NCBI GenBank assembly: GCA_045627045.1
Contig: JAZQMY010000054.1
Coordinates: 19,629-83,628, forward strand
DNA: 64,000 nt
Source of the DNA: Clostridia bacterium
Lineage (GTDB): Bacteria > Bacillota > Clostridia > HGM11327
Reading direction: 5' to 3'
Made by a program: the position numbers and the translations under genes
Notes under the pieces: model-generated
The model's database searches: none
What the model saw: only the letters and a program-made list of their open reading frames with translations
Told to the model about the DNA's origin: nothing
Shown here: one piece after another, positions 18,265-27,554 of the stretch
How positions within the stretch are numbered: position 1 is the first letter of the stretch
Layout: the number at the start of each line of letters is the position of its first letter

Positions 18265-21200
18265 ATGGATAAATTATACAAACAGTTTACGGATCCCGAT
18301 GCATTTTACAGAACAGCTCCGTTCTGGATATGGAATGAAGAAATGGATCCCGCGGAATCAGAACGTCAGCTTAAAGAATTCAAGACACACGGTATGGGAG
18401 GCGCATTCTCTCACGTAAGAACAGGTCTTATTACTCCTTACCTTGAAGAAGAATATATGGATGTATTCGGAAAGTCAATTGAGGCAGCAAAGGAGCTCGG
18501 AATCAAGCTCTATATGTATGACGAATACGGCTGGCCGTCAGGCGCCGCAAACGGAGAGGTTATTGAGGCAGTTCCCGAGGCAAGATATACATGGATGTAC
18601 TATGACAAGGTTTCATCAGACGATCCTGCTGTAACAAGAGGCGATGCAAGAGTATATGCCTTTGATCCCGCAACGAACACCGTCGGAAAAGAGCTTACAG
18701 GCAAGACAAAGGATGAGATAAAGGCACTTACCGATAACGTTATCGTAACATATATCAAGGCAGAGGGCGGCACACATCCCTTCGTTGACCTTTCAAAGCC
18801 TGAAGTAACAAAGAAATTCATTGAAATCACCCACGAAAAGTATTATGAGTATTTCGGAAAAGATTTCAAGGACAACCTTATGGCTATGTTCTCTGATGAG
18901 TCCTCGATCGAAGGTCTTTCGGAAGAGAAAATCGCTTATAACGATACTATCCTGAAAAAATTCAAAGAAATGCACGGCTATTCACTCGAGGATAACTATG
19001 TTGCGGTGTTTGAGGACTTCAACGGCGGCTTTGATCATTCTGCCGCAAAGGTAAGATACGATTACTGCTGCACACTCCATGAGCTCTGGATAGGCAGCTT
19101 TGTAAAGCCGATAGCAGACTGGTGCGAGGAGCACGATATTGCATGGACGGGACACGATCAGGAGCACTCATGGCCGCAGACAAGAGGCGGCGCATTCTCC
19201 GAGCAGACAACATATGAATACCGTCAGTGGCCGGGAATTGATATGCTTCTTTGCGATGCCTTGAGAGAAGTACCTGCATGGAACGATACTCTTCTCCTCA
19301 ATGAGGTACGCTCTGCCGCAAACCAGTTCAATAAGAAGAGAACAATCTGCGAAGCATACGGCGCCGCAGGCTGGCATTCAACATTCCGTGATTACAAGAG
19401 ACTCGGCGACTGGATAATGGTCAACGGTATCAACTTCATGATCCAGCACCTTTCACTCTATTCTCTTGTAGGCTCAAGAAAGAGAGACTGTCCGCAGTCA
19501 TTTGACTGGCGTGAACCGTGGTGGGATGAATACACGGAATACAACGATTACTTCGGCAGACTTTCATATATGCTCTCACAGGGCAAGATGGAGCAGAGAA
19601 TCCTTGTTCTCAATCCTTCCACAACAGGTTACATGATTCCTGCGGCTGAGCAGAAGGGCATGATAAATCACTCATTCACGTTTGATGTTATCAAGAACCC
19701 TGATATGAGCGATCTCCTCAGAATAAACCAGAAGCTCATTGATGAGCAGTGGGATTTCGATTACGGCGATGAGTTCTCAATGGAAAGACACGCACACGTT
19801 GAAGGCAACAAGCTTGCAGTAGGCGCACAGAAGTACGATATTGTCGTTATTTCAAAGAACATGAGAAACATCCGCAAGGAAACAGCTTTCCTCCTTATCG
19901 ACTTTGCAAAGGCAGGCGGCACGATCATTGCTACAGGCGATGCAGGCGAATTCATCAGCGGCGAAAAGAATGAAGCTCTTACAGAGGAAATGAGAAAGGG
20001 CTGGACATTCGTTGAAGGCGAAAACGGCGTGAATGACTTTATTTCGGCACGCCTTGAGAGAAGAGTTACGGCAGATAAAACTATACCCACAGGCTTTACT
20101 CATATGAGAAGGTTGCTTGATGACGGCAGAGAGGCATATTTCTTTGTAAATCATACCATGAAGCCGTTTGAAGCAAAAATCACTCTCAACGGAAACAGCG
20201 TTGCAAAGTGGGATCTTTTCACAGGAGAGAGAACGGGCATTTCCGCAGAGGTAAAGGACGGAAAGCTTACATTCGACCTCTCACTTGAATGGAACCAGTC
20301 ACTCATGGTGGTTGTAGGCGACAGCGAGCCTGTTTCAGAAGCAAAGCCCGAGGCAAAGAAGAGTGTTGCGCTCAATCTGGAAGGCGTACTCCCCGAGAAG
20401 CCGAACAATATGCTTCTTGATCACTGCGTGCTCAAGACAAACAAGATCACAACAAACGAGATTTACTTCATGGAGCACGAGAAAAATCTCCCTCAGCAGA
20501 TGAATCTCGGCAGAACAAACGTATGGGAAGGCTGTCAGTTCAGAAGAGAATCTCTTGATATGCAGAAGAGAGTTCCCGAGGATCAGCATTTTGAGATAAT
20601 TTACAAGTTCACGATCAAGGAAGGCGCACTTCCCGAGAAGCTTACAGCTGTTGTTGAGAGACCTGAATTCGTAAAGCTCAGCGTAAACGGAAAAGAAGTC
20701 ATCTGGAAAGGCGACGTATCATATCTTGACTACAAGATAGGCAATTACGATATCACTGAATACGTTCACGAGGGATCAAATGAGCTTGTTGTATGGAATG
20801 ACAAATACGATGTAAGATTCGAGCCTGCCGCAGTTATCCTCGAAGGCAGCTTCGGACTTGAGGCAGAGGGCGAAAGATTTGTTATAGGAAAGAAGCCTCA
20901 GGCTCTCAATCTCGGCTCATGGCTTGATCAGAAGTATATATTCTACCCGAACGCTATGATTTACACATTCAAGGCAAATCTCGACAAAAAGCCTCTTGCG
21001 GCAAAGCTCGTGATGGGCAGAACGGAGACAAGCTGTGCATCTGTGACCGTAAACGGCAAGTATCTCGGCGTTATCGGAAGAGACGGCGACGATTACTCAA
21101 TGATAGAGGATGCGCTTGAAGCAGGCGAAAACGAGATAAAGATCCGTGTATGCGGAAGCTTCAGAAACCTCTACGGCCCGTACTTCAATTACCTCGACCA

Positions 21201-21318
21201 GACTGTTGCAGACTACGGTCAGTTCAAGAATTATGCAAAGAACAGGATCAACAGACCTGAGGAATATGACGTTATCGCATACGGTATGTATGAGATGCCC
21301 AAGCTTCTCATTGACTGA
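18265..21318 (+). CDS. Large glycoside hydrolase, GH106 (alpha-L-rhamnosidase-like), no signal peptide
   Basis: APFWIWN, YDEYGWPSG, FSDE, PGID, SAANQF...CEAYG, GINF pattern typical of GH106-like proteins. Confidence 0.75.
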   Translation: MDKLYKQFTDPDAFYRTAPFWIWNEEMDPAESERQLKEFKTHGMGGAFSHVRTGLITPYLEEEYMDVFGKSIEAAKELGIKLYMYDEYGWPSGAANGEVIEAVPEARYTWMYYDKVSSDDPAVTRGDARVYAFDPATNTVGKELTGKTKDEIKALTDNVIVTYIKAEGGTHPFVDLSKPEVTKKFIEITHEKYYEYFGKDFKDNLMAMFSDESSIEGLSEEKIAYNDTILKKFKEMHGYSLEDNYVAVFEDFNGGFDHSAAKVRYDYCCTLHELWIGSFVKPIADWCEEHDIAWTGHDQEHSWPQTRGGAFSEQTTYEYRQWPGIDMLLCDALREVPAWNDTLLLNEVRSAANQFNKKRTICEAYGAAGWHSTFRDYKRLGDWIMVNGINFMIQHLSLYSLVGSRKRDCPQSFDWREPWWDEYTEYNDYFGRLSYMLSQGKMEQRILVLNPSTTGYMIPAAEQKGMINHSFTFDVIKNPDMSDLLRINQKLIDEQWDFDYGDEFSMERHAHVEGNKLAVGAQKYDIVVISKNMRNIRKETAFLLIDFAKAGGTIIATGDAGEFISGEKNEALTEEMRKGWTFVEGENGVNDFISARLERRVTADKTIPTGFTHMRRLLDDGREAYFFVNHTMKPFEAKITLNGNSVAKWDLFTGERTGISAEVKDGKLTFDLSLEWNQSLMVVVGDSEPVSEAKPEAKKSVALNLEGVLPEKPNNMLLDHCVLKTNKITTNEIYFMEHEKNLPQQMNLGRTNVWEGCQFRRESLDMQKRVPEDQHFEIIYKFTIKEGALPEKLTAVVERPEFVKLSVNGKEVIWKGDVSYLDYKIGNYDITEYVHEGSNELVVWNDKYDVRFEPAAVILEGSFGLEAEGERFVIGKKPQALNLGSWLDQKYIFYPNAMIYTFKANLDKKPLAAKLVMGRTETSCASVTVNGKYLGVIGRDGDDYSMIEDALEAGENEIKIRVCGSFRNLYGPYFNYLDQTVADYGQFKNYAKNRINRPEEYDVIAYGMYEMPKLLID

Positions 21319-21543
21319 GAACCGAAAGGGTATGAATTGATTCAGGGAGAAAAGACAGGATGGCGGTCTGATTCCCGGAAATGATGATGCAATCGGAAAA
21401 GCTGAAAATGTCCTCTCGTATCAGCTGCAAAAAGCAAAAACGGGCTATGCCCGTTTCCGGATACGGGAGGATTTCGCTTATTTTACAAGAATTTAAGCGA
21501 AAAGAACGGAACAAACCACTGAATAAAAACATAAGGCGGTAAA

Positions 21544-23124
21544 ATGATAAAAATTAAAAAGAGCATTGCTGCATTAGTCCTGCTTTCGATGATGCTCGTG
21601 CTGTTTGCGGGCTGCGGCGTGACGGGTTCTCCTTCGGCATCTGAAAAAACGCCTGAGCCACAGCCGACACCGGAAGCGGAGCATGAGGTCGGATTGACGG
21701 AGCTCTGGGAGTATTCGATAGTCTACCCGTCAGATTACACGAACGAAGAGAAGGAGATTGTATATTTCCTGAAGGATATAGTGTCGCAGATAACCTACGG
21801 AAAAACCGAAATAAAAACGGACGAGGAAAAGGTCACCTCAAAGGAGATAGTGTTTGCAAGCTCAAAGAGAACAACGGCTTTTGAATGGAATCTTCATGAC
21901 CTTGAAGGCGAAATGGATTATATCATTGCCGTGGGCGAAAGAGAAATCGTCATCGGAGGCAATAACTATCTTGCCGATACGAAGGCAGTGTATGACTTCG
22001 TTCAGAATTATCTCGGCTATGACATTGAAACTCACAAAATGAGCACACCCGAAAAGGCACTCAAGGGAGTGAGCCTTGTGACGTACAGCAGGAATAATTT
22101 CAACATTACGGCGGTGAACAATCAGTCTGCGCCGATTGAAAGCTTCACCCAGCTCAGGACAATGAAGGATATGGGCTTTGATTCGGTGCTGATAGACATC
22201 AGCCTCTATTCCGACGAGCAGCTCAGATATCTCTTTGAAATCGCGCTTGTGCTTGATATGGGCATAATAATGCGCGGCGTGAAGTCAACGTCTGTATACA
22301 GGGACAGCCCGATGGTGAAGGGACACGTGCTTGCGGAGGAGCCCTACGGGGCATATTCGTTCAGCTACTATTCCGCAGAGCTGAGAACATATGACGAGGC
22401 TTATTCGTCGCTCGGCTGGGCACCGTATGTTGAAATGATGGGCCAGCTTGATGCCATAGAGATGTTCACGGAAAACGGGGAATATTTCGATAAGCTGAGA
22501 GACCTTATTTTTATCTGGAAGCCGTCCGGACTTAATTCAGATCAGGATTATCTGCATATGTATGAGCTTCTTGCTCAGAACGCAAAGGCAAACGGAAGAA
22601 AGCTTGCGGCTTACGTTGAATCGGGGGATTCCTCTGATAAGGAAAGCTCGGCTCTTTATGGTTGGATGGCGCTTACCGGAATGTGCTTCGGTGCGGAGGA
22701 GGTGTGGTATTTCAACTATGCTCCGCCTGCGGGAAGCGAAGAGAAATATATAACGGACAGCAACTATCGGCCTTCGGGAATTGCGGATTGCATAAGAGAA
22801 ACAAATGCGATGCTCAGAGAATTTTCCGAAGAGCTTTCAGGATATGAGTACTCGGGAACTATGCTTTACGGCAAAAGCGACACAGGTACGCTCGCCGATC
22901 CGTATGATGCCGGGATAACCGTTGAGGGAGAAGGTAATCTGCTTATAGGATGCTTTGAGAACAAAACGGGCAAGGCATATCTCATTATGGATGCCGATAT
23001 GCCCGATGCAGATTCCGGCACAGGAGAAGAAATAAAAACGTTTGTGCTGAAAACGAATGAAAACGAAAAACAATATACCGTTGAGGTCAGAAAAGGCTGC
23101 GGAACGGTTTTATTTGCGGACTGA
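21544..23124 (+). CDS. Lipoprotein of unknown function, possibly carbohydrate-active
   Basis: Lipobox LFAGC, Pro/Glu/Thr-rich linker, N-terminal region resembling GH20/GH67 N-terminal accessory domains (YSIVYP...DYIIAV...IVIGG...AVYDF). Confidence 0.7.
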   Translation: MIKIKKSIAALVLLSMMLVLFAGCGVTGSPSASEKTPEPQPTPEAEHEVGLTELWEYSIVYPSDYTNEEKEIVYFLKDIVSQITYGKTEIKTDEEKVTSKEIVFASSKRTTAFEWNLHDLEGEMDYIIAVGEREIVIGGNNYLADTKAVYDFVQNYLGYDIETHKMSTPEKALKGVSLVTYSRNNFNITAVNNQSAPIESFTQLRTMKDMGFDSVLIDISLYSDEQLRYLFEIALVLDMGIIMRGVKSTSVYRDSPMVKGHVLAEEPYGAYSFSYYSAELRTYDEAYSSLGWAPYVEMMGQLDAIEMFTENGEYFDKLRDLIFIWKPSGLNSDQDYLHMYELLAQNAKANGRKLAAYVESGDSSDKESSALYGWMALTGMCFGAEEVWYFNYAPPAGSEEKYITDSNYRPSGIADCIRETNAMLREFSEELSGYEYSGTMLYGKSDTGTLADPYDAGITVEGEGNLLIGCFENKTGKAYLIMDADMPDADSGTGEEIKTFVLKTNENEKQYTVEVRKGCGTVLFAD

Positions 23125-23133
23125 AAAGAGATC

Positions 23134-23168
23134 ACCTGCGGTGGGAAAATACCTGCTGCAGGTTTTTT
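23134..23168 (+). terminator. Intrinsic terminator
   Basis: CCTGCGGTGGG...CCTGCTGCAGG hairpin followed by TTTTTT. Confidence 0.65.
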
Positions 23169-23248
23169 GTCGCAGGAAAAGCCGACAGTGGGCTCGCAGA
23201 AGGCAATTCTCTGAGGGAAAAACGATTCCCGGCATATAAAGCAAAATA

Positions 23249-23277
23249 TTGACAAATTCCGCAAAAAATGATATAAT
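23249..23277 (+). promoter_or_regulatory. Sigma-A promoter
   Basis: TTGACA-17 bp-TATAAT with extended TG (exact consensus). Confidence 0.8.
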
Positions 23278-23310
23278 GAAAAGGTTAACGCCATTCAAGA
23301 GGTTAATACA

Positions 23311-23916
23311 ATGAAAAAGATAGTATATATTCACGGAAAAGGCGGCAATGCTTCGGAGGCTGAGCATTACAAGACTCTTTTTAGCGGATGCGATGTTGCA
23401 GGCTTTGACTACAGATCCTCAACACCGTGGGAAGCAAGGACGGAATTCAGAGAATATTTTGATAAGCTGAAGGCGGAATACGGCAAGGCGACGATCATTG
23501 CGAACAGCATAGGTGCATATTTTGCGATGAATGCGCTTGACGAAAGCTATATTGACGAGGCATTCCTGATATCGCCTGTGGTCGATATGTCCGGGCTGAT
23601 AAATGATATGATGAACTGGGCAGGCGTTACGGAGGACATGCTCCGTGAGAAAAAGGAGATAAAAACCGATTTCGGAGAAACGCTTTCCTGGGAGTATTAC
23701 TGCTATGCGAAGGAGAATCCCGTATCAGTCAGGGCAACAACATATATACTCTACGGCGACGGGGATAATCTGACGTCATTCGACACGATAAAGAGCTTTG
23801 CGGAAAGATGCAATGCAGATCTCTGCGTGATGAAAGGCGCGGAGCATTGGTTCCATACGGATGAGCAGATGGCGTTTCTGGATGCCTGGATAAGAGAAAA
23901 AATAAGCGACAGATAA
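23311..23916 (+). CDS. Alpha/beta fold hydrolase (esterase-like)
   Basis: YIHGKGG, ANSIGA nucleophile elbow, YGDGD, EHWF. Confidence 0.85.
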   Translation: MKKIVYIHGKGGNASEAEHYKTLFSGCDVAGFDYRSSTPWEARTEFREYFDKLKAEYGKATIIANSIGAYFAMNALDESYIDEAFLISPVVDMSGLINDMMNWAGVTEDMLREKKEIKTDFGETLSWEYYCYAKENPVSVRATTYILYGDGDNLTSFDTIKSFAERCNADLCVMKGAEHWFHTDEQMAFLDAWIREKISDR

Positions 23917-23981
23917 CAGGACTATTTTACAAAAAAATATCTCTGCTATGGCAGACAAAATAAAAGATAAAAAGGCAAAAA

Positions 23982-25604
23982 ATGAATAAAAAAGTAATTC
24001 AGCCGAATGCGGAAAGCATTTCCGCGGCAATAATCGATATCGAGACAGAGCTGAAAAAGAAAAAAGTAAAAACAAGGACGCTTTATAAGACTACGCTTTC
24101 CGTGGAAGAGCTTTTTTGTTCTTTGACGGAAATTGAAGGCGTGGAAAGTATATCGTACGGAATAGTCGATCTGCCGTGGAAAAAACACATAACTATCACG
24201 GCAAAGGGACCAAGATTTGATGCTACGATTACCGACTCAAAGTTGAATCTTGATCTTGCGGATGTGGATGAGGATACAGGAGACTACATACGCCGTATAG
24301 TGCTGAATTCTCTTGCAAGTGCAATTCATTACAGCTATCGAAGAGGAGTCAACCGTATTCTGGTTGATTACAGTTCAAAGAAAAAGGTCAGCCCGCTTCT
24401 TTTGGCGTTGATGCTTGCAGTGTTTTTGGGTCCGATATTCCGCTTTTTTGTGCCTGCGGAAATTTGCGGGGCAATATGCACGTACGCTCTTTCACCGATT
24501 TCGGATATTATGACGGCATTGCTGGAAATGATAGTCGGGCCTCTGGTATTCTTTTCAATAGCGACATCGCTTTCTCAGTACACGAACTTCTCGGAGGTAG
24601 GTCGAGTCGGAGGAAAAATTCTTTTGACTTACGTATTCACATCGGTAATAGCGATTTTTGTGGGCTTAGGAATGTTCAGTTTGTTCTCTCCGGGAGTCGA
24701 GGACGTAGTACTGCTTACGGGCACGGAAACCCCGGGATATACGGTTTCCATTCTTGAATCGCTGAAGGCATTTTTCCCGTCAAATGCGGTGCTGTCATTT
24801 GCAGAGAACAATATGCTTCAGATCGTGCTGCTTTCCGTTGTGATAGGAATTGCGGCAGGCAGAATCAAGAACTACCGTGAGCCTGTTCTGACTTTTCTCA
24901 ACAGCTCAAATGAAATGGTCGGCGAGATAATGTCCATGATATCAAAGGGCATTCCGGTGCTTACATTCTGCAGTGTTTTCAGCGTGATCGTTTCAACGGG
25001 TGTGGAAAGCCTTTTGAGTGTCGTAGAAACATCAGCTGCTGTTTATGTCGGATATTTTATTATGATTTGCATATATCTCGTGCTGATTCGGCTGTTTGCA
25101 AGAGTAAATCCATTCAGATTCATCAGAAGGCACGCTCCGTACATGCTTGATACAGCATTCAATATTTCAGGAAAATCCGGAATTCAGATGAGTATGGAGG
25201 AATGCAGTAAATTCGGTGTACCGAAAAAGATTTATTCTTTCTCAATTCCGCTTGGCTCCACAATCAATATGGACGGCACGTCAATTGCATCAATGATTAC
25301 GGTCCTGGTGTGTGCGAAAATGTGCGGCCTGACAGTTAACGACCCGATATTGCTTGTAAATCTTGCTTTTACAGTGCTGATGCTGAGCCTTGCAACGCAG
25401 GGAGTATCGGGAGTATCCTATGCAAGCCAGGTTGCACTTCTGAGCGTACTCGGATTGCCGGTTGAAATGATGACCATGATATTTGCGGTAAACGCTTTGT
25501 GCGATTTCGGAAACAGCGTAAGCAATGATACGGGCGATATTGCGGCAACGCTTATCGTATCTGCCCGGGAAAAACAGCTTGACCTCACAAAATATAACAG
25601 CTGA
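23982..25604 (+). CDS. Dicarboxylate/amino acid:cation symporter (DAACS) with an N-terminal RsbW-like domain
   Basis: LEMIVGPLVFFSI, FPSN...NMLQI, IPLGSTINMDG (NMDG signature), NDTGD; about 130-aa soluble N-terminal extension. Confidence 0.88.
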   Translation: MNKKVIQPNAESISAAIIDIETELKKKKVKTRTLYKTTLSVEELFCSLTEIEGVESISYGIVDLPWKKHITITAKGPRFDATITDSKLNLDLADVDEDTGDYIRRIVLNSLASAIHYSYRRGVNRILVDYSSKKKVSPLLLALMLAVFLGPIFRFFVPAEICGAICTYALSPISDIMTALLEMIVGPLVFFSIATSLSQYTNFSEVGRVGGKILLTYVFTSVIAIFVGLGMFSLFSPGVEDVVLLTGTETPGYTVSILESLKAFFPSNAVLSFAENNMLQIVLLSVVIGIAAGRIKNYREPVLTFLNSSNEMVGEIMSMISKGIPVLTFCSVFSVIVSTGVESLLSVVETSAAVYVGYFIMICIYLVLIRLFARVNPFRFIRRHAPYMLDTAFNISGKSGIQMSMEECSKFGVPKKIYSFSIPLGSTINMDGTSIASMITVLVCAKMCGLTVNDPILLVNLAFTVLMLSLATQGVSGVSYASQVALLSVLGLPVEMMTMIFAVNALCDFGNSVSNDTGDIAATLIVSAREKQLDLTKYNS

Positions 25605-25716
25605 TATCAAAAAATTCAAAAAAGAGCATTCCAAAATGGCAAGTGTCCGTAATGAATGCCTCAAAGTGGGTCAGGCAATCGATAGGGTATATTGAACAAT
25701 TTTATGTTCTCTAAAG

Positions 25717-25744
25717 ACAAGAGAGGTCGTATGACCTCTCTTGT
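25717..25744. terminator. Intrinsic terminator between convergent genes
   Basis: Perfect 12-bp stem ACAAGAGAGGTC-GTAT-GACCTCTCTTGT. Confidence 0.75.
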
Positions 25745-25818
25745 TTCATATATATCGTTTTTGTTTGTCAAAAGAAATATACCTGCCTTACGGCTGAGCG
25801 ACAAACCGGGATTTATCA

Positions 25819-26295
25819 TTACAATTCATGATAATATGGGCAAATATTTTCATAGTGTCCATCCTTCATACGAAATCCTCCGGGAATCGTTCCGAGCTGC
25901 TGAAAACCTAATCTCTCATAAAGATGTCTTGCATGAATATTGCTCTCTACAACAGCATTGAACTGTAATATTCTGAATCCGAGTTCATGCCCCATTTTCA
26001 GGCAATCCAGTACCAATTGCTCACCGATATGTTTTCCGCGTGCGTTTGAAGAAACGGCGTAGCTTGCATTACAAATATGACCACATCTTCCGATGTTATT
26101 CGGATGAAGAATATATAATCCCAGAATGTTACCGTCAATCTCAGCAACAGCCGTGTAGCTTTGTGAAGCAAAAAAAGACTCGCCCGTTTCCTCTGTCAAG
26201 TATTCTTCTTGCGGAAATGCTATCCCATCTTCCACTATCTCGTTCCAGATTTTTACCATATCCTTAACGTCTTGTTTTTTATATTTTCTGATCAT
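25819..26295 (-). CDS. GNAT family N-acetyltransferase
   Basis: ARGKHIG acetyl-CoA motif, FNAVVESN..A..LYERLGF; start moved to ATG 26295 (GAGG RBS). Confidence 0.88.
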   Translation of the reverse strand: MIRKYKKQDVKDMVKIWNEIVEDGIAFPQEEYLTEETGESFFASQSYTAVAEIDGNILGLYILHPNNIGRCGHICNASYAVSSNARGKHIGEQLVLDCLKMGHELGFRILQFNAVVESNIHARHLYERLGFQQLGTIPGGFRMKDGHYENICPYYHEL

Positions 26296-26566
26296 ATTCA
26301 TTTTCCTCACGAAGTCGAAAGTTTTTACGCTGCGTTTTTTCTCAACAAGTTTATGATTAGGAAGCAATTAACAATATCCCGGATACATTATAGCACTGAA
26401 TTTTCAAAAATTCAAGAACAATTTGCCTCCTGCTATTGACATTTCAGTCTTGCATAGGCAAATAATGCCCATGGATTTTCTCCTTTCTTTACTGATATTG
26501 TACCAAAAAACGGATCGGTAAAGGGACAATTCGCACCCAAAAAAGAATGAAATGCAGTATTATTTG

Positions 26567-26602
26567 AAAAAGCACTGAGAGATTTTTCTTTCAGTGCTTT
26601 TT
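26567..26602 (-). terminator. Intrinsic terminator
   Basis: AAAAAGCACTGA...TCAGTGCTTTTT inverted repeat. Confidence 0.7.
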
Positions 26603-26640
26603 AACGGGGATCATTTATAACCCTTTATTGTTTGATTGAT

Positions 26641-27537
26641 TTATTTTCTTCTTCCCTGGAAACCCTTGATTTCCTCGGGGCCGGGGATGAATTCGATGCC
26701 GCCTCTGCATCTCTTGAGGTAGTCAACAGCTGTCTTCTGTGCTGTCCACTCCATATCGTCATAATGAACGGGATCATGGTAGCCCTCGATATCGCAGGCA
26801 CCCTCAAAGCCGTTCTGAATGAGTATCGTGAAGAAGTCAGCCCAGTTTGAATCGCCGAAGCCCGGAGTTCTGTCCCATGCAACGGAGCGATCGGAATCGA
26901 TTCCGTATTCTCTTATTATGTCCCATGCAACAGTGGCATCCTTGCCGTGGACATGCACGACCTTCTTTGCAAACTTGCGGAGGTTGGCAACAGGATCAAC
27001 GAAAAGATGGATCATGTGGCACGGTTCCCACTCAAGTCCGAGAGAAGGGCTGTCTATTGCATCAAAGAGAAGCTCCCATGCGGCAGGGCTGAAAGCGATG
27101 TTTCTGTTTTTCCACCATGTGCCGCCGCAGCTACAGTTTTCAAAGCCGAGGCGAACGCCCTCGTCCTCTGCGAGCTTGACTGTGTCGGTGTATTTCTTTT
27201 TGAATTCGGGGATCATCTCATTAACGGAGAGATTTGGCAGCCATCCGCCGAAGAAACCGATGGCATTGCAGTTGAAATACTTTGCGCTTCTGATGAGGCA
27301 CTTGAGGTGCTCCATGTCGGCTTCGTTCTGAAGAGGATTTTCATAGCTTGCGAGAGCGGAAATCACTCTTCCTTCGAGCTTTTCGGGAAGCTTTTCGGAA
27401 AGCTCTTTTAATTTTGCTTCATCATAGCCCTTATCAACCGTAAGCTCGTAGGATTCGTAGCCGATGGGGTTGAGGGTATCAAGATTTTTTATTATCTGTC
27501 TGGCGGAGATTATGGTTCCGATTTTTATATCAAACAT
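26641..27537 (-). CDS. Sugar phosphate isomerase/epimerase (xylose isomerase-like TIM barrel)
   Basis: LGFEN, WEPCH, HVHGKD, PGFGDSNW, DIEG. Confidence 0.85.
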   Translation of the reverse strand: MFDIKIGTIISARQIIKNLDTLNPIGYESYELTVDKGYDEAKLKELSEKLPEKLEGRVISALASYENPLQNEADMEHLKCLIRSAKYFNCNAIGFFGGWLPNLSVNEMIPEFKKKYTDTVKLAEDEGVRLGFENCSCGGTWWKNRNIAFSPAAWELLFDAIDSPSLGLEWEPCHMIHLFVDPVANLRKFAKKVVHVHGKDATVAWDIIREYGIDSDRSVAWDRTPGFGDSNWADFFTILIQNGFEGACDIEGYHDPVHYDDMEWTAQKTAVDYLKRCRGGIEFIPGPEEIKGFQGRRK

Positions 27538-27554
27538 ATTTTTTCCTTTCTGGA

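Noticed and set aside
21316-21350. GAGA-ACCGAAAGG...TCAGG resembling a glycine riboswitch
   Set aside because: The stems and second aptamer are missing, and the downstream gene is unrelated to glycine
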